Notes: generated by a model not told the origin, from the sequence alone. A stretch of DNA of 64,000 bases from Octopus sinensis (GCF_006345805.1 NC_043003.1:12090001-12154000); one strand, 5' to 3'. Counted from the first letter of the stretch, positions 1-11,145 are shown. Translations and numbers: made by a program.

Positions 1-19
1 TTTGCACCTTCTGACCTCT

Positions 20-410
20 GTTGCCCAATTCTTTTCTACTCTAAGCACAAGGCCCGAAACTTTTGAGCGGGGGCAGTCGATTATATCGACCCAGTACGTA
101 GCTGGTACCTAATTTACCAACCCCTTAAGGATGAAAGGTAAAGTCGACATCAGCGGAATTTGAACTCAGAACGTAAAGACAGACGAAATACCTATTTCTT
201 TACTACCCACATGGGGCTAAACACAGAGGGGACAAACAAGGACAGACAAACGGATTAAGTCGATTACATCGACTCCAGTGCGTAACTGGTACTTAATTTA
301 TCGACCCCGAAAGGACGAAAGGCAAAGTCGACTTCGGCGGAATTTGAACTCAGAACGTAACTGCAGACGAAATACGGCTACGCATTTCGCCCGGCGTGCT
401 TAACGTATCT
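20..410 (-). mobile_element. tRNA-derived SINE (family with GGCGGCGAGCTGGCAG head), head-to-tail dimer
   Basis: Reverse complement carries B-box-like GTTCAAATTCC and the CTTTGCCTTTCATCCTTTCGGGGTCGAT core twice; the unit junction lies near 185-200. Confidence 0.85.
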
Positions 411-740
411 GTTGTCCAATTAAAAGTGTCAGCTAGACCTTCGATACCTCACTAGCTATAGCTTATTCCCCTAGCTTCTAATATATAAATAGATAATGAG
501 AGGTCACTCAAAAGTAGCAGTCTAGTTTTTGACCGAGAAACACATCCACAAAGAGAGTAAGATTATCGTACTAATGATGACTATTTATCCAGAAACACAT
601 ATCTGTTCTTTAATCTCCAGACAATAAACTTATTCTTTTCCTTAACGGCAATGTATAAACAGCTTGTTCATTTATATAAAACAGGTGTCTTTTTTTTAGG
701 GTTTTGTCTAGAAGAGAACATTATTTTTATTTTTCTGCTC

Positions 741-788
741 CGACATCCGAAACTTGGAGTTTTATCATGGCTTCCGAATAATTGTCAC
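741..788 (+). mobile_element. Truncated PLE pLTR fragment (3' half of the hammerhead-like motif also seen at 24710)
   Basis: CATCCGAAACTTGGAGTTTTATCATGGCTTCCGAATAATTGTCAC matches 24748-24792 with 2 mismatches. Confidence 0.65.
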
Positions 789-789
789 T

Positions 790-941
790 GGCTTCTTTCA
801 GTTTCCGTCAACCAAATCCACTCACAAGGGTTTGGTCGGCTCGCGGCAATAGCAGAAGACACTTGCTCAAGGTGCTACGCAGTGGGACTGAACCCAGAAC
901 AATGTGGTTGGTAAGCAAGCATCTTACCACACAGCCACTCT
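790..941 (-). mobile_element. tRNA-derived SINE (GTGGCTGTGTGGTAAGTAGCTTGC family), head only
   Basis: Matches the copies at 9132, 34686 and 54319. Confidence 0.8.
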
Positions 942-1988
942 TGCACCTGTATAAAAAAAATTGTTAAAACATTTTGTGCATTGTAGAAATATAACCTGTT
1001 TATTGCGCATAAACTTTAACGAAAATCATAAATGGACCCCCAAGGGACGTGTGGATCTTAGTTGAGAATCACTATTTTAACTCGGATATTGGTCTGCGAC
1101 CATTGGCAGCAGACACTATTATAACTACAACAATAATTGCATTCACTTGCTAGGCAATGAAACTGCTTTAGTCAGCTATCCTGTCTATCACACGCAAATA
1201 CTATGACAAGCTTCGTATCACTGTCACAAGTATACTTATGCGGTTAGGAATACAATCAACCATTCTACCGAATGCATATACTGCTAACATGTTTATACTT
1301 GAACTGATAGAGATTTAGATATTTAAGGGTTTCAAATTTTGGCACAAGGCCAGCGATTTTGAACAGAGTGAGTCGATTACATTGTCCGCCAGTGTTCAAA
1401 TGGTTTATATTCTATAGACCCTGAAAGGATGAAAGGGGAAGTCAACCTCGGCTGGAATTGAGCTCAGAACGTAAAGAACCGGAAGAAACGCCAACGATTC
1501 TGCTGTAATAATTCCTTCTAATTTTGGGAAAAGACCAGCAGTTGGAGGGGAGGGCATGTTTCGAACTCTGTACTTGAGTGGTACTTTATTTCATCGATCC
1601 CGAAAGGATGAAAGACAAAGTTGGCCGCAGCAGCACATGAACTCAAAGCGTAAAGAACCGGAAGAAATTCTGCTAAGCACTTTTGTCAACCCGCTAACAA
1701 TTTTGCCAGCTTGCCGCTTTAATAATAATAATAATAATAATCTTTTTACTTATAGGCACAAGGCCTGAAATTTGGAAGGCGGGAGGGGGGGGGTAAGTTG
1801 ATAACATCAATCCCAGTGCTCAACTGGTTTTTATTTCATCGACCCCGAAAGGGTAGACGTCAAAGCCGACCTCGGCGGAATTTGAACTCAGAACGTAAAG
1901 GCGGACGATATGCCGCTAAGCATTTTGTCCGTACTGACGATTCTGCCACCTCGCCGCCGTAAAATAATAATAATAATAATAATAATAA

Positions 1989-2544
1989 ATGCCCTGATAC
2001 AGTACCAGGCAGTGGCTCTCGTGGCTTCTGATCTTAACTGATTGGAAGTGTTACCATGTACATTGTTTTGTCTTGGTATAAAAGATGGGCTACAGCAAAT
2101 ATTCTGCTCAATACCACGGATTTACTTGACAGTTGTTTGACCGTAACCAGTTGAGCATGTCCCTTAGTGGCTGACGATATGTGCATCTCTGATCACGAGC
2201 AGAAGTAGTGGGGGAGCATCATAGCCATGTGTTGAGAGGGATTCTTTGGGGTTTGAATAATTCACCTCTGGAAACATGGGTGGTTCTTTCAATATCCTTA
2301 AACAACCCTTATTCAGAGACTGTTTGAGCGGAATGGGCTACTCAACCTGAAGAAAATTCTAACTGGGTCCCACCTGCAAGGTCATGTGCTGTTTATCTTG
2401 ATATGAGATCACCATGTCGCGCACATATGGTTGTGATGCATGTGCCTGGTGTACCCTTATCAGACGGGTAGTCATGATGGGTATACTGGGCTTCGTATAT
2501 TTTACCCCAGTGTCACTTTGATGGCACGCACTGCTCTCTCACTC
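1989..2544 (+). mobile_element. Non-coding retroelement 3' end embedded in (TAA)n; possibly an R4/Dong-type 3'UTR
   Basis: Complex non-coding block flanked on both sides by (AAT)n tracts. R4/Dong elements are known to target (TAA)n; the clade assignment is inference. Confidence 0.45.
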
Positions 2545-2575
<31 letters not shown>

Positions 2576-2819
2576 TACTTGTCTAAAAGTCGAATTTTTT
2601 AGACAATTTTTAAGGTCAAGTTTATGGGGTTGACTATTACATGGATACTACTTCTGAGAGGTTGAAATTCAAGCTAGAATCCGAAGTACCGTATCAACAG
2701 TAGACGCCCAACTGATCTCTAAGCGAATATAAACAAAAGACAATGAATTAACAATTCTATGCATCAAAACACAGACCCTAGTAAAAGATAAAGGTCGCAT
2801 GGGAACCATTAGTGATTAA

Positions 2820-3330
2820 TTGAATGTTTTAGGCTTACCAAAGTCATGCCTTTGTATGAATTCAGACAGTGGCGTTTGCCAATGCTCGCCAGTAGCGCTG
2901 TCTGTGAAACACGTTTCTCATCATGTAAACAACGAGTGTATGACGCATGTGTTTATTGTGCTTGAAGATGTATGCAGGCTTGCAGCATATCCTGTGCATA
3001 CATTTTAGTAACGGTGATGTAGCACCCATCAACAGATGTGTAGTGCTCGCTATTAAATGGTGTTTTACTATAAGTACTGAGCAATCCATTATAAGCACCA
3101 AGCACTCCACCCATCGAACAGGCTACAGTAAGGTAGCCACACAATTTTGTAACAGTGTTATTTCTACTTACAGGATAATACTGTACCTTGACCCACAAGT
3201 GTTGTCCTCTTGTTTGTGAAATACTAGGGCCGACTTTTATACAGGGTCTATGGAAAATTCTCAGTTTTCTGGCCAAAAATAGGGAGTCGACTTTTACATG
3301 AGATCGACCATTACTCAATATATACCGTAA
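2820..3330. mobile_element. Decayed DNA transposon remnant with a Tc2/pogo-like end
   Basis: Right end has repeated GTCGACTTTTA motifs and ...TATATACCGTA, resembling Tc2/pogo-type termini; no intact ORF. Confidence 0.3.
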
Positions 3331-3869
3331 TAATAATAATAATGGCATCAAATGTATATAACATAATTGGAAAAAAATGCCCCAGCATGACCGCAACTTT
3401 AAAGTTGAAACACTTGAAACAGTTTAAAAGAATCAAGCAATAATAAAATATGGTTAAAAACAAGTGTTATTTCAATAACGAACTTACTTTTTACCCATCA
3501 TTATTTTCTGTTCATTTATTCATTTATTTACAGGATATGATTGGTAGACACTAAACTAGAAATACTTAATATAAAATCTCAGTAAATTTTGTGTCACATC
3601 AATTAACTGGAAATTGCTTATAATTATATTGCCATTATCTGTCGTTATCGTTGAAGTTTTGTTATTATCATAGCTGATAATTAATTGTGTAAAACCCTTT
3701 TTCTAGGAAAACAATCTAGTGTATTTTATATTTTCAAGTGTTTGCGTTTAGATAAATTCCAGCTAAAAGTAAATCCTATTGCTTCGATTTCTTGGAAACC
3801 TAAACTGCGATATCAGTAACAAACTAATAACTTTGTTTGTTTTAATTAAAAGGAAAGGGTATTGTATAG

Positions 3870-4600
3870 TCGGGAAGGAATAGGGGAAATGATATTTGAA
3901 GGTCATCCTCGTTTATGGTGAGGTCGAGGGCATTTAAGTTCAAACTGGTACCCGGAGAAAACAAGTGGACAAGGAAGCAAGTCAGGCAACAACAGCTCTG
4001 ATGAAATAAAGAGCAATGGGTTTAGTGCAGGGTTTTGGGGAGTGGGGCATAATAGGGATGATGTGAGAACTGGTTACGTTTGGTGGATGTAGGTGAAAGT
4101 GGTACACGGATATTTCTAGTTCGGAGAAGTAAAAGCTGCTTTAGTTGCGGTACAAACAGCCAAGAGAAACCCTACATTTGTGAGCTATTGTGTGAGTACC
4201 ACCACAAGGTCCAGTTCATGCTGCGGATTTGTGTGTTTCAATTACCCGGAAACTATGCCAGTTGAGTGTAAGTTCCTGGTAGGGCGGCGAGCTTGCAGAA
4301 ACGTTAGCACGACGGGCGAAATGCGTAGCCGTATTTCGTCTGCCGTTACTTTCTGAGTTCAAATTCCGCCGAGGTCGACTTTGCCTTTTATCCTTTCGGG
4401 GTCGATAAATTAAGTACCAGTTACGCACTGGCGTCGATGTAATCGACTTAATCCGTTTGTCTGTCCTTGTTTGTCCCCTCTGTGTTTAGCCCCATGTGGG
4501 TAGTAAAGAAATAGGTATGGTCGCCCAGGCTGGACAGGGTAAAGGATTAATATGGACCAGATTGATACGGACCATCTCTCCCCAGAGATAAAAATGGATT
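3870..4600 (-). mobile_element. Possible decayed LINE endonuclease-region remnant, interrupted by a SINE
   Basis: The minus-strand frame rejoins across the SINE (GDH|YQELTLNWHSFRVIETH) with many stops; family not resolved. Confidence 0.25.
4283..4517 (+). mobile_element. tRNA-derived SINE monomer (GGCGGCGAGC family)
   Basis: Full head with A/B-box-like motifs, CpG-rich, ending ...AAAGAAATAGGTA. Confidence 0.9.
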
Positions 4601-5368
4601 CGTATAGGGCTAATAACGTTACCTAGAAATAAAAAAAGAACGAAAATTATAGAAGTGAAAATGACGGTTCAAAACCACCAAGACATGGAGGAGGGGAGTC
4701 TTTCATCGAAAAATGACCTAAAACCTACAAGGGAGGCGGAATAGAGGACGCCCTATATATAGTTAAATGCGGGATATTGAGGCAGAGTTTAAAAAATCAG
4801 AAATCCATCTGGAAAAGCAAGCAAAGGGCTTAAGGAATAAAGAGAGTGAGTGAGTCAGTGGCTTGTAGAATGTTAGCAAATGAAACTTTGTAGATTAGTT
4901 ACGTAACCTTGTAGACGAAGGAGTGGCTGTGTGGTAAGAAGCTTGCTTCCCAACCACATGGTTTCGGGTTTCGATCGATAAAGCCGTTTTTGTCCTGCTT
5001 TTCTTCCGTCAACCTGTACATAATTGCACCTTCCATTTTTTTGTTGTTTTCGTACTGCTTAAAGCCACGTTTCTTCCCTCCCAAGCTTACTGTTTAAACC
5101 ATGTTTGTGTTCTCCCAGTCAACAGCCTTATCATTACTGGTACTTTAAACTCTTCGGTTGCATATTTGTGTGAATAAAATCGTTTTTTTTTTTGGAATAG
5201 AAAAAATGTCTATCTTTATTTCTTCTTTTGCTGGTGTCTCAAATTTAGGTTAAATTAGTGTTTCTTAAAGGGGAGGCCTATGGGACGGTCGGACAAGTTG
5301 CTTTGAGAAAATTTGGTTTAAATATTTGACAACTCAGCACCGTCCATTGGACAGGGGGCGTTTTGCTC

Positions 5369-5410
<42 letters not shown>

Positions 5411-5582
5411 CGTAAGGGGGATCAGCCATCTGAATGTGGCTAGGGACAGGGCGGGGTGGTGGGGGTGTTACTGATGCATTTAGCCCCAGGCGATCATCGA
5501 CGTCACCAGAAGGACCGACACCATCACGGTGTCCTTGCTAGCCTGTAAAGGGAGATCAGCCTCCCCGAAGATACGGATACTA

Positions 5583-5625
5583 CATACGGACCGGTTTCGA
5601 GGTAATTGCCTCTTGTCAACGCATG
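5583..5625 (-). ncRNA. Minimal type I hammerhead ribozyme motif (U3:A8 core variant, N7=C)
   Basis: CATGCG-TTGACAA-GAGG caatta CCTC-GAAACCGGTC-CGTATG on the minus strand. Confidence 0.75.
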
Positions 5626-5905
5626 GTAAGCACCGTTCTTCGATGAATTGTGTCGGTCCTTCTGGTGACGTCGATGATCGCCTGGGGCTAAATGCATCAG
5701 TAACACCCCCACCACCCCGCCCTGTCCCTAGCCACATTCAGATGGCTGATCCCCCTTACGTTATAGAGCAGTTACTGTTTATATCTCGCTCAGAGATTTA
5801 TTATTGTTTTCGAACGGTTTTTCTACATCAGTGACTGTGGTTACTGTGAAAATCCTTATATATGCAGCCTGTAGAGAGAGTCCCTCATCGAAGAACGGTG
5901 CTTAC

Positions 5906-5948
5906 CATGCGTTGATAAGAGGCAATTACCTCGAAACCGGTCCGTATG
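5906..5948 (+). ncRNA. Minimal type I hammerhead ribozyme motif (U3:A8 core variant, N7=U)
   Basis: Stem I CATGCG/CGTATG, core TTGATAA, stem II GAGG/CCTC, GAAA, palindromic stem III ACCGGT; predicted cleavage after GUC at 5942. Confidence 0.75.
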
Positions 5949-6158
5949 TAGTATCCGTATCTTCGGGGAGGCTGATCTCCCTTTACAGGCTAGCAAGGAC
6001 ACCGTGATGGTGTTGGTCCTTCTGGTGACGTCGATGATCGCCTGGGGCTAAATGCATCAGTAACACCACCCCGCCCTGTCCCTAGCCACATTCAGATGGC
6101 TGATCCCCCTTACGTTATAGAGCAGTTACTGTTTATATCTCGCTCAGAGATTTATTAT

Positions 6159-6212
<54 letters not shown>

Positions 6213-6214
<2 letters not shown>

Positions 6215-6986
6215 CTCTGACAAACCTATACAGAGAAGAGCTCACCGACAAGGAATACGACTATGACTAACTTCAAAAGTAAATCAGGTCAATTTTACAA
6301 TATTCCTAAGATACACAAAAGTGAAAAAATAAGTAACGCATGCAGGGGATCCACGGACAATAGTCAAGGTATCACCACTTAATGACCTCAAATTAAGACC
6401 TATAATAGCAGGTCCCGCATGCGAAACTCACCGCCTCAGCAACGTTTTAGATACCCTCTTCAAACCAAACCATTCCTCAGGCATATCAAAAGCTACATAG
6501 GACGGCCTAGAATTGCTCAACCACCCCGCTGAAACAATTAGTAAAAAAAACCCTACTAGTACCCTTCGATGTAGTCAATTTGTACTCTAATATCTTCCAC
6601 AAGCTGGTAATAGAGGCAATCCAATTCTGGCTAGAGAATTACTCCAATGAATTCCCACATCGCATCAAAAAACAATTCGTAATAGAAGGGCTAAAATACA
6701 CCTTGGAGAATAACCTCTTCGTATTCAATGACAACTTCTATCGACAGTTTTCGGGGACTGCGATGGGTACGAGAATGGTCCCCTGATTTTCTAACCTTGT
6801 CATGGGGTACCTAGAAATCGCTCTTTATCGTAAGGAACTAGAAAAATACGGAAACACATTACAGAAAATAACTGGAAGAGATACCTAGATGAGTGCTTCA
6901 TTCTTTGGCAAGAATGTATAGACAGACTGGAAGAATTTCAAGCACTTCTAAATGTACTTTACATAAACATTCAATTTACGATGGAA
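6213..6986 (+). pseudogene. Penelope-like element reverse transcriptase, 5'-truncated and frameshifted
   Basis: Motifs FYNIPKIHK, LRPIIAGPACETHRLS, FDVVNLYSNI, GTAMGTRMVP, YLDEC (YxDD position) and NIQFTME in the PLE RT order; includes ORF 6580-6786. Confidence 0.9.
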
Positions 6987-7011
6987 GATTGCATTGTTTT
7001 ACATCATTTCA

Positions 7012-7060
7012 TTCCTTCTGGAATAATACGAATGTTTTCTTCGAAACATATGTCGGAAGT
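7012..7060 (+). ncRNA. Degenerate hammerhead-like remnant just 3' of the PLE RT
   Basis: GAAAC-ATAT-GTC (palindromic ACATATGT) with flanks TTCC/GGAA; the CUGANGA core is not intact. Confidence 0.3.
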
Positions 7061-8312
7061 ATAAAGATTTGAATAACACCTGCGTTTAACACCTTTTATT
7101 TATTTATGTTATACAAAAACATTTCACTAAAACCTGGAATTTCTACCATTATAAGTAGGCTGTTACATCCTTGGTACTGTCAACAACTTCCATTCCTCGT
7201 CATCCTCATTAAGAAATCCCCAGCATGGCCGCAGTCTAGTGACTGAAACCAGTAAAAGGTAAAAGGACCGTCTTCAAGAAAAAGTCTAAAATATTTAATA
7301 ATGTAGCAGTAACACTAAATGCGTGTATAATATTCCAAATTCCAAGTCATTTTGCTGTTGAATAATAAAGAGAGTCATCTGTTGATTAGAACTGAAGTAA
7401 TTTTTCTCTCCCACAAACACCTCTTCATCTTTATGTCCTTCGCTGCCATCGACGACTTTTCCCCCACTGCTCTGAACTCTGGGCTACCTTTTCTGCTCCT
7501 CTCCAATTGGATCTCTGCTTTTTCAGCTCTGCGATCCCACCTCCATCTCTTGGTGGGTGTCAGAAAAGAAGTCGACCTTTTAGCTTTCTTTCGGATTTTG
7601 CTGTATCACGTCATATGTTTATCTGAGAGAAGGCTTTCTTATCTTAGATCTTGTTGATTTCGAATTGCCATCGATGTTTTTACAACTTCGGGATATAATT
7701 TTTAGCTTAATTATACGTGTGAGGTTGCCGTGAGAGATCAGCAGGATTTGTAAAGACTAGAATCTGTTCGATTTTGACAGTTGTTTGTGTGTGTGAGTGT
7801 TCATTGAGATGGTGTAATTAAAGACTTTTAAATGTGAAGCGATTGTTTTGACATTGTTGAATGAGACTAAATTATCATGTCACCAATGAAAGCGTGCTTT
7901 CAAAGACTGTTGCATTGGACGTGTCTGCCTTTCATGTAAATGACGTAAATGTGCAGAAAGTTACAGAGAGGTGGGGGGGGATGATGTCGTGTATACATGA
8001 CATGAGTGTGTGGTTGGAAATAAGAACGAATAAGTAATTAATATACAGAGGATAAAGTATGGGGGAATGTTGGGGTATTACAGAATTTTATAGAGTTCGG
8101 ATTGGAAATAATTCTTTGTGATCCAAAAATAAGAGATGACTGGAGGTCATAGGCAGATGATTCAGCTAAGGAGTTCTAATGCCAGGCACTGTCAAAATCT
8201 CTATTATAATACTAGATGCAATAACAAGGCGGCGAACTGGTAGAGTCGTTAGCACGCCGGGCAAAATACTCAGCGGCATTTTGTCCATCTTTATGTTCTG
8301 AGTTTAAATTCC

Positions 8313-8318
8313 ACTGAG

Positions 8319-8362
<44 letters not shown>

Positions 8363-8371
8363 GTGTGTGTA

Positions 8372-8402
<31 letters not shown>

Positions 8403-8604
8403 TGTATGTGTGTGTGTGTGCACGTGTGTGTGTGTGTGTGTATGTGTGTGTGTGTGTGGTGTGTATGTGTGTGTGTGTGTGTGGTGTGTGCACGTGTGTG
8501 TGTGTGTGTGTGTGTATGTGTGTGTGTGCACGTGTGTGGTGTGTGTGTGTGTGTGTGTGTATGTGTGTGTGTGCACGTGTGTGTGTGTGTGTGTGTGTGT
8601 GCAC

Positions 8605-8676
<72 letters not shown>
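8313..8676. repeat. Compound (GT)n microsatellite with GCAC/AT interruptions
   Basis: Direct reading; source of the HT/CV-repeat ORFs. Confidence 0.97.
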
Positions 8677-9131
8677 ATACATGCAATGGGCTTCTTTTCA
8701 TCTACTAAATCTACTCACAAGGCTTTGGTTGGCCTGAAAGCATTGGTGGAAGACACTTGCCCAAGGTGCCCCACATTAGGACTGAACCCAAAACCACATG
8801 CCTGGGAAGCAAACTCCTCAACCACAGACATATGCCTGTGCCTATTACAGGATATATATATATATATATTTGAAACAATATCACAATTGTATTTGCAGAT
8901 ATTATGAAAGTTTTGTGAGTATATGAGATAATAACACTAAGAGTAGGATCTAGGCAAAAGGTCAATTCTCTGAACTTGATAGCAGGAAAAGTTTATATCA
9001 GATTCAAATCTGACTAAGAACCAGGAAATAAATCTGAATATTTTAGCAACCTTACATATCTATGAAATTGTTATTAAAGGATTTGCTATCAGAAAACCTA
9101 GTAAAGTATGTATATTTTTTTTGTATAATTT

Positions 9132-9523
9132 GTGGCTGTGTGGTAAGTAGCTTGCTTACCAACCACATGGTTCTGGGTTCAGCCCCACTGCGTGGCACCT
9201 TGGGCAAGTGTCTTCTACTATAGCCTCGGGCCGACCAAAGCCTTGTGAGTGGATTTGGTAGACAGAAACTGAAAGAAGCCTGTCGTATGTGTGTGTGTGT
9301 GTGTGTTTGTGTATCTGTGATTGTCCCCCCAACATCGTTTGACAACCCAATGCTGGTGTGTTTACATCCCCGTAACTTAGCAGTTCGGAAAAAAAGAGAC
9401 CGATAGAATAAGTACTAGGCTTACAAAGAATATGTCCTGGGATCGATTTGCTTGACTAAAGGCGGTGCTCCAGCATGGCCGTAGTCAAATGACTGAAACA
9501 AGTAAAAGAGTAAAAAGAGTAAA
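9132..9523 (+). mobile_element. Full-length composite SINE (tRNA head, (GT)n, tail ending GAAACAAGTAAAAGAG repeats)
   Basis: Same architecture as copies at 23225, 34686 and 54319. Confidence 0.88.
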
Positions 9524-10387
9524 GACTATTTACTCATTCTTTTGGTTTACTTATTTACATTAGAAATATTCATTTCTTTTGGGAGTTAAAATTTTCTGTC
9601 TTATATCTGTTTTCATCATTGGAACGTGGTCATGCTGGGGCACTTGTTTGAAGAGTTTAATCAAACAAATCAACCTCAATACTTACTTTTTTTTTTTTCA
9701 TATGTTCTATAGAACTTATTCTATCAATGATTTTTGACAAAAATTCTAAGTCATAAGAACTAATAGAAACCAAACACAAAAAATAGAAATACAAAAACAA
9801 AGATATACACACACACATGAAGCGAGACCTAGAATCAAATCTCAGGTTTTCAGTTGCCAGCTCTGTACGACACATTGATCACGCTCATGTCATGCAGTCT
9901 GTCCTGGTTTACAACAATTCAATTTGCAGTGATATCATGCCACATCATGAAGATCATCTACAATGTCCCTGAAGTTCACACGCTTTCTCAAGTTATTTAA
10001 AGAAAGGTGCAAACAAGCAAGCCAGAGGCAGATTAGTTATCGCTGAAAGCATATCTCCACTCTTGTGAAAGCACATGGCTTTGTGGATAAAGTATTCATT
10101 TCATGATCATAAGGCTGTGAGTTCAATTCCTGGGCAGCTCATTATGTCCTTGAGCAAGACACTTTATTTCAATTTCATATTGCTCCAGTCCACTGAGTGG
10201 ACTGGAGCAACATGAAATAAATGAGCTGTACTTGTAATTCAAAGGGCCAGCCCTGTTGCATTCTGTGTCACACTGAATCTCCCTAAGAACTACATTAAAA
10301 GTTTGCATGTCTGTGAAGTACTCAGCCACTTGCATGTTAATTTCATGAGTAGATGTTCTGTTGATTGAACCCTCATCATAACCAACA

Positions 10388-10655
10388 CAGTGCCAGTTAT
10401 ATTGATGGAACCCTCAATTATATATGATGAAATCCTTATCATAACTTACAGAGTACCATCTATATTGATGGAACCCTCAATTATATATGATGGAATCCTC
10501 ATCATAAACCTCCAGAGTGCCAGCTATATTGATGGAACCCTCAATTATACATGATGGAACCTGCATCATAACTTCCAGAGTGCCAGCTATATTGATGGAA
10601 CCCTCAATTATATTTGATGAAATCCTCATCTTAACTTACAGAATGCCAGTTATAT
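10388..10655. repeat. 63-bp minisatellite, about 4.3 copies
   Basis: Unit starts at 10388, 10451, 10515, 10578 and 10641. Confidence 0.9.
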
Positions 10656-11145
10656 TTCTCCTCTCAGCAATCAAGTACACATGCAGAATGCACAGTAGTC
10701 TTAATGAGGCAATTAGCTGTTTACAGCATCCAGTTTCCAGTGCTGAATCCAGCTATAAGTGAAAGGAATTCTTCATAATTGTTGACCAATTCTTTCCAGT
10801 CTCTCAAGCGTTATTAATCATTGCTATAGATTTTAGTTATGCTGAAGTTCAGTTTGAATCTTCTGCATTTCTACCAGCAGTCATTAGAAATTTATATAAG
10901 CATGTACAATATTGCTTGGAAATAGGTGGGGATTGGCGACAGGAAGGTCATCCAACCATAGAAAATCTGCTTCAATAAATTCTGTCCAACCCATGCAAGT
11001 GTGGAAAAGTGACAGTAAAATGATGTTGGTGATGATGATGATGAGGATGAGAACGATGACGATAAGGATGATGACGATGATGACAACGACGATAATTGCG
11101 ACGATCCTCTTCTTCCTCAACATCATCTGCAGCAGCAGCAGCAGT

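Larger units (their letters stand above)
5406..6160 (+). mobile_element. PLE pLTR / retrozyme-like module: inverted partial copy plus 360-bp tandem units, in (TA)n
   Basis: 5406-5521 is the exact reverse complement of 5650-5765; 5521-5646 is the reverse complement of about 5885-6011; direct repeat 5651/6011 gives a 360-bp period; (TA)n on both sides; contains a hammerhead motif. Confidence 0.8.

Noticed and set aside
5800-5840. Second hammerhead on the minus strand of the pLTR (CTGATGTAG...GAAA)
   Set aside because: The core is broken and there is no convincing stem I or stem III.
8212-8907. Long HT/CV-repeat ORFs
   Set aside because: Translations of a (GT)n microsatellite; the same applies at 18760-19181 and 40762-41020.
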